Under the pieces are notes generated by a model that saw nothing but the letters and a program-made list of their open reading frames with translations, ran no database searches and was not told the DNA's origin. A stretch of DNA of 64,000 nucleotides from Eledone cirrhosa (lineage: Eukaryota), in contig OZ024743.1 in NCBI GenBank assembly GCA_964016885.1, positions 330,832,001 to 330,896,000 of the forward strand, in the 5' to 3' direction. How positions within the stretch are numbered: the first letter of the stretch is position 1; the number at the start of each line of letters is the position of its first letter. This document shows, piece after piece, positions 52,742 to 64,000 of this stretch. The position numbers and the translations under genes were made by a program.

Positions 52742-53120
52742 GGGCGGTGGATTGGCAGTATCGGTAGAGGGTCGGACGCCATGCCATGCTTTGCAACAAA
52801 GAGTTACGGCCCTTTATGGTCTGAGTTCAAATCCCGCCGAGGTTAACTTTGCCTTTCACCCTTACGGGGTCGGTAAAATAAAGTACCAGTAATGCACTGG
52901 GTAATTGCCAAAAGTAGAAACAATTATTTATTAGAAGGACAATGATGGTGCATTGGCGGTAATCGATAGATCATCAGACATAATGCTTCGCGGCATAGAG
53001 TTACGGTCCTTTACGTTCTGAATTCAAATCCCGCCGAGGTTATAGCCTTGCCTTTCATCCTTACAGGGTCGATAAAATAAAGCACCAATAACGTACTGGG
53101 GGTTATTTAATCGACTTTTC
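52742..53120 (+). mobile_element. Two tandem family A SINEs (52742-52928, 52945-53120)
   Basis: Heads, TTCAAATCCCGCCGAGG and GCCTTTCA core each occur twice. Confidence 0.88.
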
Positions 53121-53122
53121 TC

Positions 53123-54390
53123 GAACAACACCAACATCATCACCAACACCACCAACACCATCACCACCACTAACACCACCACCACCACCAACACGAACAA
53201 CACGAACAACACCACCAACACCACCAACATCACCAAGATCAACAACACACCAACAACACCAACAACACCACCAACACCACCAACACCACCATCACCAACA
53301 ACACCACCAAAACCACCAACAACACCAACAACACCACCAACAACACCACCAACAACACCAAAACCAACAACACCAACACCAACAACAACACCACCAACAC
53401 CACCAAAACCACCAACACCACCAACACCAACAACACCACCAACACCACCAACACCAACACCACCAACAATACCAACAACACCACCACCAACACCACCAAC
53501 ACCACACCAACACCAACAACACCACCAACAACACCAACACCAACAACACCAACACCACCAACAACACCAACAACATCAACAACACCAACACCACCAACAC
53601 CACCAACACCACCAACAACAACACCACCAACACCACCAATACCACCAACACCACCAACACTAACAACACCACCAACACTACCAACACCACCACCAACAAC
53701 ACCAACACCACCAACACCAACAGCACCAACAACAACACCACCACCAACAACAACACCACCAACACTATCAACACAAACAACACCACCAACACCACCAACA
53801 CCAACACCAACAACACCACCAACAACACCAACACCAACAACACCAACACCACCAACAACACCAACACCACCAACACCACCAACACCACCAACACCACCAA
53901 CAACAACACCACCAACACCACCAATACCACCAACACCACCAACACTAACAACACCACCAACACCACCAACACCACCAACACTAACAACACCAACAACAAC
54001 AACACCACCAACACCAACAACACCAACACCACCAACACCACCAACACTAACACCACCACCAACAACACCAACACCACCACCAACACCACCAACACCACCA
54101 ACACCACCAACACTAACAACACCACCAACACCACACCAACAACACCAACACCACCAACATCACCAACACCACCAACACCACCAACACTAACAACACCACC
54201 AACACTATCAACACCAACAACAACAACAACAACACCAACACCAACACCACCACCAACAACACCAACACCACGAACACCACCAACACTAACACCACCACCA
54301 ACAACACCAACACCACCACCAACAACACCACAAACACCACCACCCCCACCAACATTATCACTACTACTGCCACCATCACCAACTCCACCT
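53123..54390. repeat. Cryptic (CAC/CAA)n trinucleotide tract
   Basis: Seen directly; similar tracts at 61340-62205 and 63150-63657. Confidence 0.93.
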
Positions 54391-55092
54391 TGTGTCTAGA
54401 TGATCAGAAACCCTTATTTATAAGAAGGACAAGGGAGATAATCAGTGTGGTTGTGTTGGATGGTTTATGAAATGTGATTTCAATAAAACACTTGTGAAAT
54501 GCATGAACATCACAACTTCCCATTTCATTTCACTGGAAAAAAATGTTTTACGTTAGAAACTACCAATATATTGATATTGATTTTACTTAACAGAAAGCCA
54601 ATTTTATTTATTTATTTATTTGTTGTACACACTTGATGCAATCGACTCAAGTGGCTTGCTGGAGTTTATTTTATCTACCTAGCAGGCAAATAAGAGGTAA
54701 AAAAATCGATCTAGAAATAATTTGAATTCCGATCAGTGAAATACCGATCTGGTTACCATAAATTTCAATTCTGGCATCTTGCTGACTCGGTCATCTATAA
54801 AGATCTGGAGAAAATTGCCTACATATTAAAAGTTACTTGTATTAACAGTTTGACTTATGTGTACTTTACCAGTGGTTTCAGATACATCTGAAAGGTTAGA
54901 CGTGGTTATATCTATGAAAGCACTGGTAATGCACGAATAAGTCAAAATGTTCATATAAATATTTTTCCATCTATATCATGTTTACATAGTTCTTTCCCTT
55001 CGTTTGTACTTGCATCTGTATATTTTGATTTCTAATTTAAGCACAAGACCAGCAAATTTGAGAGGGAGGCAAATACAGGTAATATATCCTAT

Positions 55093-56775
55093 TAATGTGG
55101 GTTTAGACTGGTTTGAGATAAGGCATGGGATTGGTGTGGGTTTTAAACTGGTGTGAAATAAGGCATGGGATTGGTGTGCGTTTTAAACTTGCTTAAGATA
55201 AGACATGGGTTGGTGTGGGTTTTAAACTGGTGTTAGATAAAACATGGGATTGGTGTGGGTTTTAAACTGGTGTGAGATAAGGCATGAAATTGGTGTGGGT
55301 TTTAAACTGGTGTGAGATAAATCATTGGATTGGTGTGGGTTTTAAACTGGTGTGAGATAAGGCATGGGATTGGTGTGGGTTTTAAACTTGCTTAAGATAA
55401 GACATAGGGTTGGTGTGGGTTTTAAACTGGTGTGAGATAAGGCATGGGATTGGTGTGTGTTTTAAACTTGCTTAAGATAAGACATAGGGTTGGTGTGGGT
55501 TTTAAACTGGTGTGAGATAAGGCATGGGATTAATGTGCGTTTTAAACTTGCTTAAGATAAGACATGGGGTTGGTGTGGGTTTTAAACTGGTGTGAGATAA
55601 GGCATGGGATTAATGTGCGTTTTAAACTTGCTTAAGATAAGACATGGATTGGTGTGGGTTTTAAACTGGTGTGAAATAAGGCATGGGATTGGTGTGCGTT
55701 TTAAACTTGCTTAAGATAAGACATGGGTTGGTGTGGGTTTTAAACTGGTGTGAGATAAAACATTGGATTGGTGTGGGTTTTAAACTGGTGTGAGATAAGG
55801 CATGGGATTGGTGTGGGTTTTAAACTGGTGTGAGATAAAACATGGGATTGGTGTGGGTTTTAAACTGGTGTGAGATAAAACATGGGATTGGTGTGGGTTT
55901 TAAACTGGTGTGAGATAAGGCATGGGGTTGGTGTGGGTTTTAAACTGGTGTGAGATAAAACATGCGATTGGTGTGGGTTTTAAACTGGTGTGAGATAAAA
56001 CATGGGATTGGTGTGGGTTTTAAACTGGTGTGAGATAAAACATGGGATTGGTGTGGGTTTTAAACTTGCTTAAGATAAGACATGGGATTGGTGCCGGTCT
56101 TAAACTTGCTTAAGATAAGACATGGGATTGGTATGGGTTTTAAACTTGCTTAAGATAAGACATGGGATTGGTGTGGGTTTTAAACTGGTGTGAGATAAGG
56201 CATGGGATTGGTGTGCGTTTTAAACTTGCTTAAGATAAGACATGGGATTGGTGTGGGTTTTAAACTGGTATGAGATAAGGCATGAGATTGGTGTGGGTTT
56301 TAAACTGGTGTGAGATAAGACATGGGATTGGTGTGGGTTTTAAACTGGTGTGAGATAAAACATTGGATTGGTGAGGGTTTTAAACTGGTGTGAGATAAGG
56401 CATGGGGTTGGTGTCTTTTTAAAACTGGTGTGAGATAAGGCATGGGATTGGTGTCTTTTTAAAACTGGTGTGAGATAAGGCATGGGATTGGTGTGGGTTT
56501 TAAACTGGTGTGAGATAAGACATGGGGTTGGTGTGGGTTTTAAACTGGTGTGAGATAGAACATTGGATTGGTGTGGGTTTTAAACTGGTGTGAGATAAGA
56601 CATGGGTTGGTGTGGGTTTTAAACTGGTGTGAGATAGAACATTGGATTGGTGTGGGTTTTAAACTGGTGTGAGATAAAACATGGGATTGGTCTGGGTTTT
56701 AAACTGGTGTGAGATAGAACATTGGATTGGTGTGGGTTTTAAACTGGTGTGAGATAAGGCATGGGATTGGTGTGT
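55093..56775. repeat. 40-bp minisatellite (GGTGTGGGTTTTAAACTGGTGTGAGATAAGGCATGGGATT)n, about 42 copies, two unit variants
   Basis: 40-bp period; variant core CTTGCTTAAGATAAGAC. Confidence 0.96.
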
Positions 56776-56789
56776 TTTAATGATTACTA

Positions 56790-59700
56790 TCAACATCTGT
56801 TGAGTCTGTTATTGTATGGATCAGATACTTGGACCCTGACACAGGCACTTGAGAAGAAACTAGATAGTGATACACTAAAATGTTTAGGGTTGTCCAATCC
56901 ATAAACTGGCGTAAACGTATAACAAATGAAAATTTATATAGAAACTTGCCCAATATAACAACTACAATTGCTCAAAGACAGTTATGATTTGGAGGACATA
57001 ACTGGAGAAGTAAGCAGCAAGTTATACACAGGTTACTGTTGTGGGAACCAACTCGGTAGGTTATATACAAGTTACTATTGTGGGAACTAACTCAGGAAGT
57101 TATACACAGGTTACTATTGTGGGAACCAACTCAGTAGGTTATATACAAGTTACTGTTGTGGGGACTAACTCAGGGAGTTATACACAGGTTACTGTTGTGG
57201 GAACCAATTCAGCAGGTTATACACAGGTTACTGTTGTGGGAACCAACACCTCATCAGGTTATACACAGGTTACTATTGTGGGAACCAACTCCTCATCAGG
57301 TTATACACAGGTTACTATTGTGGGAACCAACTCCTCATCAGGTTATACACAGGTTACTGTTGTGGGAACCAACTCCTCATCAGGTTATACACAGGTTACT
57401 GTTGTGGGAACCAACTCCTCAGCAGGTTATACACAGGTTACTGTTGTGGGAACCAACTCCTCATCAGGTTATACACAGGTTACTGTTGTGGGAACCAACT
57501 CCTCATCAGGTTATACACAGGTTACTGTTGTGGGAACCAACTCCTCATCAGGTTATACACAGGTTACTGTTGTGGGAACCAACTCCTCATCAGGTTATAC
57601 ACAGGTTACTGTTGTGGGAACCAACTCTTCAGCAGGTTATACACAGGTTACTGTTGTGGGAACCAACTCTTCAGCAGGTTATACACAGGTTACTGTTGTG
57701 GGAACCAACTCTTCAGCAGGTTATACACAGGTTACTGTTGTGGGAACCAACTCCTCATCAGGTTATACACAGGTTACTGTTGTGGGAACCAACACCTCAT
57801 CAGGTTATACACAGGTTACTGTTGTGGGAACCAACTCCTCATCAGGTTATACACAGGTTACTGTTGTGGGAACCAACACCTCATCAGGTTATACACAGGT
57901 TACTGTTGTGGGAACCAACTCTTCAGCAGGTTATACACAGGTTACTGTTGTGGGAACCAACTCCTCATCAGGTTATACACAGGTTACTATTGTGGGAACC
58001 AACACCTCATCAGGTTATACACAGGTTACTGTTGTGGGAACCAACTCCTCATCAGGTTATACACAGGTTACTATTGTGGGAACCAACTCCTCATCAGGTT
58101 ATACACAGGTTACTATTGTGGGAACCAACTCCTCATCAGGTTATACACAGGTTACTGTTGTGGGAACCAACTCTTCAGCAGGTTATACACAGGTTACTGT
58201 TGTGGGAACCAACTCCTCATCAGGTTATACACAGGTTACTGTTGTGGGAACCAACTCCTCATCAGGTCATACACAGGTTACTATTGTGGGAACCAACTCC
58301 TCATCAGGTTATACACAGGTTACTGTTGTGGGAACCAACTCCTCATCAGGTTATACACAGGTTACTATTGTGGGAACCAACTCCTCATCAGGTTATACAC
58401 AAGTTACTATTGTGGGAACCAACTCTTCAGCAGGTTATACACAGGTTACTGTTGTGGGAACCAACTCCTCATCAGGTTATACACAGGTTACTATTGTGGG
58501 AACCAACTCCTCATCAGGTTATACACAGGTTACTGTTGTGGGAACCAACTCCTCATCAGGTTATACACAGGTTACTATTGTGGGAACCAACTCTTCAGCA
58601 GGTTATACACAGGTTACTATTGTGGGAACCAACTCTTCAGCAGGTTATACACAGGTTACTGTTGTGGGAACCAACTCCTCATCAGGTTATACACAGGTTA
58701 CTATTGTGGGAACCAACTCCTCATCAGGTTATACACAGGTTACTATTGTGGGAACCAACTCTTCAGCAGGTTATACACAGGTTACTGTTGTGGGAACCAA
58801 CTCCTCATCAGGTTATACACAGGTTACTATTGTGGGAACCAACTCCTCATCAGGTTATACACAGGTTACTATTGTGGGAACCAACTCTTCAGCAGGTTAT
58901 ACACAGGTTACTGTTGTGGGAACCAACTCCTCATCAGGTTATACACAGGTTACTGTTGTGGGAACCAACTCCTCATCAGGTTATACACAGGTTACTATTG
59001 TGGGAACCAACTCTTCAGCAGGTTATACACAGGTTACTATTGTGGGAACCAACTCTTCAGCAGGTTATACACAGGTTACTGTTGTGGGAACCAACTCCTC
59101 ATCAGGTTATACACAGGTTACTATTGTGGGAACCAACTCCTCATCAGGTTATACACAGGTTACTATTGTGGGAACCAACTCTTCAGCAGGTTATACACAG
59201 GTTACTGTTGTGGGAACCAACTCCTCATCAGGTTATACACAGGTTACTATTGTGGGAACCAACTCCTCATCAGGTTATACACAGGTTACTGTTGTGGGAA
59301 CCAACTCCTCATCAGGTTATACACAGGTTACTGTTGTGGGAACCAACTCCTCATCAGGTTATACACAGGTTACTGTTGTGGGAACCAACTCCTCATCAGG
59401 TTATACACAGGTTACTGTTGTGGGAACCAACACCTCATCAGGTTATACACAGGTTACTATTGTGGGAACCAACTCCTCATCAGGTTATACACAGGTTACT
59501 GTTGTGGGAACCAACTCTTCAGCAGGTTATACACAGGTTACTGTTGTGGGAACCAACTCCTCATCAGGTTATACACAGGTTACTGTTGTGGGAACCAACT
59601 CCTCATCAGGTTATACACAGGTTACTGTTGTGGGAACCAACTCCTCATCAGGTTATACACGGGTTACTGTTGTGGGAACCAACTCCTCATCAGGTTATAC

Positions 59701-59965
59701 ACAGGTTACTATTGTGGGAACCAAATCCTCAGCAGGTTATACACAAGTTACTATTGTGGGAACCAATTCAACAGATTATACACAAGTTACTATTGTGGGA
59801 ACCAACTCACAAGAGAGGCAGCAGAGGAAGACTTCATCGAACTTTCATCGATCAACTCTCAGACAATACAAACCTCGGTAGTGAACAGTTACCAAGAGGA
59901 ATGGAAAATCGTGAATTGTGGAGAGACTTTGACAGGAATGTTAGACTGAGGTCAATGATGATGAT
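56790..59965 (+). mobile_element. RTE-type LINE 3' fragment split by an internal minisatellite expansion
   Basis: Left flank LLYGSDTWTLTQALEKKLD...INWRKRITNENLY...FGGHNWRSK; right flank RGSRGRLHRTFIDQL...MENRELWR; (ATG)n tail. Confidence 0.85.
57015..59810 (+). repeat. 42-bp minisatellite (CAGGTTATACACAGGTTACT[G/A]TTGTGGGAACCAACTCCTCAT)n, about 67 copies; edge units 39 bp
   Basis: Seen directly; the unit encodes QVIHRLLLWEPTPH in the LINE frame. Confidence 0.97.
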
Positions 59966-60274
59966 CTATGGTTATTTTCTATATTTTGGGAAACCTATGT
60001 AAAACAAGTAAAACATAATTCTCCCTAAACTTTTGGTTGTACAATTATTTATTATTCAGTCTCTGTGATTTTACATCCGAAAATTTAGGAGATTATCGGA
60101 TTTTTACAATAAGGAGTTCAACCTAGAGGAATTTGTTCTTTATATTTGTCGACCACAAAAACACATTGAGATCTAAATCTTCTTGACGAATTTCAAATAA
60201 GTTGATCTCTCAATTTGTTTAACTTTTTCACACACACACACACACACACTCATACACACACACACACACGCACA

Positions 60275-60339
<65 letters not shown>

Positions 60340-60576
60340 ATATGTATATATATATATATATAGGAAAATATATATATATTGGAAAATGTGTGAAATCTTT
60401 GGAAAGTTAGGTATATTTGACAATGCCCACCAACGAATGCGAGAAAGTTCTCCAGAGAGTTAACCAGGATTTTTATTAGATCTACATTACAAAATTATAA
60501 AATTATAAAATTGTAACATTATAAAATTAAATTTTTTAGAATACCAACTACAAGTGAAGTCATTCTTTTCCTTTTT

Positions 60577-60630
<54 letters not shown>

Positions 60631-60831
60631 CATACTCACATATATATATATATATATTGTTATACTTGGGGGGGGGTAATATTGTTGTAATAATATTGCC
60701 AGAAATAATAATGCTCGGACCTATTCATTAGAATCTTGGAGCTTATTTTACAGGTGATATGGCGCATGCCTTTCTGGCATGACACCCATAATTTTGATTT
60801 AGATTAAATTCACTTTGATTTATCTTAATTT

Positions 60832-60958
<127 letters not shown>

Positions 60959-61097
60959 GAAAATATATATATATATATGTATATACATATTTATATGTAT
61001 ATTTATATATATATATATACACATATATATATATGTATGTATATACATATAAATATGTATATATATATATATATATATACATATACATGTGTATGTA

Positions 61098-61168
<71 letters not shown>

Positions 61169-61339
61169 GTATATAAATATGCGTATAGAAAAACCGTCTA
61201 ATGTACGGTACTTCTGCTGGTGGCTGTTTATAAATATTTTCATATTTCTTTTTCTAAAGTAATAAAGTTTGCCATTAATATTGTTGCAGTTGTTTGGTAA
61301 AGGTGGGGAATGTCGGTTATAGTTATCATTGTTGATATA

Positions 61340-62205
61340 CCTATCATCATCATTATCATCATCAGCAAAATCATCATAGGCCTCATCATCATCATCTTCA
61401 ATACCAACAATTACCATCACCAATAACAACAACACCAACACCAATATCACGATCACCATCCCCACCACAAGCACTAACACCACCAATAACACCACCAACT
61501 CCAACACAACCACCACCACTACCAACAACAACAACAGCAGCACCTACATTGTCAATCCTACCACCGAAACAATCAACACGACCACCACGAATATCGCAAA
61601 GAACTGCACAACACCACCACCTGCACCATCACCACTATCACCACCAGGAACAACATCAACAAATCCAGCACCACCACCATTGATACCACCACCAATACCA
61701 CCATTACCACCAACACCACCACCACCATCACCAACACCCCCAGCACATCCATCACCACCACCACCTCCAACACCATCAACACTACCACCATCACCACTAT
61801 TTCCACCACCACCTCCAACACCATCACCACCACCACCACCACCACCTCCAACACCATCAACACCACCACCACCACCACCACCATCACCACCACCATCTCC
61901 AACACCATCAACACCACCACCACCACCACCACCATCACCACCACCTCCAACACCATCAACACCACCACGACCACCAACACTACTACCACCACCATCACCC
62001 CCATCACCACCATCACCACCACCTCCAACACCATCAACACCACCACGAACACAATCACCACCACCACCATCACCACCACCTCCAACACCATCAACACCAC
62101 CACGACCACCAACACTACTACCACCACCATCACCACCACCACCACCACCACCACCATCATCATCACCACCACCATCACCACCACCACCACCATCACCACT
62201 GCCAT
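61340..62205. repeat. (CAC/CAT/CAA)n low-complexity tract
   Basis: Seen directly. Confidence 0.9.
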
Positions 62206-62371
62206 TGATAATGTCACAGGAAAGCAAATGCTAAAGAGCTGTTTCTTGTGAGTACGAAAGGATCGGTGTCAAAATGAGATTTACCACCAGAAACAGTTTA
62301 ACATTGCTTCCCTCACAAAAGACAGCCAAGGAATGGAAACCCTTTAAATATATACTGAAGTAACAAGAACA

Positions 62372-62897
<526 letters not shown>

Positions 62898-63149
62898 TCA
62901 TATTCTATATAAGAGTGATACATGTTTAGTAAGGACGCCCTGCTGTATACAGGAAGTTTGCGATTTTATTAAAATAACTCCTATGGCCTCCCTTGAGTAT
63001 TCCATAAATATTTATCAATTAAGCAGTTGTAAACCTTGAAAAAAGCTATCAAATCACCATTTTTGATGATTGTTGTTGTAGGTTCAATACCAACTGACTG
63101 CAAGCAGCACATACTATTTCATATGGTAGCATAGTCTTCACAGCTTTCA

Positions 63150-63657
63150 GCCCCACCATCATTACCACAACCACCACCACCACCATCAACATCACCACCA
63201 CCACCACCACCATCACCACCACCACCAACACCAACACCACCACCAATACCACCACCAACACCACCACCAACATCATAACCAACAACACCACCAATACCAC
63301 CATCACCACCACCACCAACATCAACATCAACACCACCACCACCACCATCACCACCACCACCAACACCAACACCACCACCAACTACCACCACCAACACCAC
63401 CACCACCACCAACACCACCAATACCACCACCAATACCACCAACACCACTACCACCACCAATACCACCACCACCAATACCACCACCAATACCACCAATACC
63501 ACCACCACCAATACCACCACCACCACCAATACCACCACCACCACCACCACCACTACCACCACCACCACCACCACCACCACCACCAATACCACCACCACCA
63601 CTACCACCACCAATGCCACCACCACCACCACCACCACCACCACCACCACCACCACAA
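63150..63657. repeat. (CAC)n-rich tract
   Basis: Seen directly. Confidence 0.93.
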
Positions 63658-63754
63658 CGTCCATGTGTTCTAATCTCAGAGATACGTAGGTGACACCCTT
63701 AACACTTGTCTCAGCAGGTTTCTTCCCGAGAAGAGGAAACAAGGAGACTTAGAA

Positions 63755-63972
<218 letters not shown>

Positions 63973-64000
63973 ACTAAAGAACGAAAGAAAGAGAGCGTGA

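Noticed and set aside
54865-54955. Minus-strand first exon MNILTYSCITSAF...ETTG|GTAAAG for the candidate prohormone gene, or a miRNA hairpin
   Set aside because: The phase fits, but the peptide is not a hydrophobic signal sequence, and the segment is a fold-back with a degenerate CTGA...GAAA...GTA motif like the PLE remnants
57041-60002. 946-aa (GTNSSSGYTQVTVV)n and 948-aa (QVIHRLLLWEPTPH)n ORFs as a novel repeat protein, for example beta-solenoid or ice-binding-like
   Set aside because: Both are read-throughs of a stop-free 42-bp minisatellite and start at GTG; the second frame is the C-terminus of a degraded LINE that has a stop just upstream

Overview
AT-rich, repeat-saturated eukaryotic DNA. 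The SINE families, long (TA)n/(TACA)n/(CA)n tracts and LINE mix point to a coleoid cephalopod, probably Octopus-like (inference). No intact, recognisable host gene is present. The window holds: (1) five long minisatellite arrays of 35, 56, 44, 40 and 42 bp, plus short 54- and 45-bp arrays; three of these arrays appear to have grown out of transposon sequence. (2) A degraded Penelope-like element (PLE; RT + GIY-YIG) and many PLE pseudo-LTR fragments in (TA)n, mostly folded back into inverted repeats and carrying type I hammerhead ribozyme motifs, including a tandem 466-bp hammerhead array. (3) A 5'-truncated R4/Dong-like LINE inserted in (TACA)n. (4) RTE, CRE-like and HERO-like LINE fragments. 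(5) More than 20 tRNA-derived SINE copies, non-autonomous Helitrons, and hAT and Tigger-type MITEs. The only host-gene candidate is a pair of phase-compatible minus-strand exons (52697-52492, 51374-51213) whose translation has prohormone-like GKR/KR/RR sites. All calls were made by eye with no database searches; coordinates of degraded elements are approximate.
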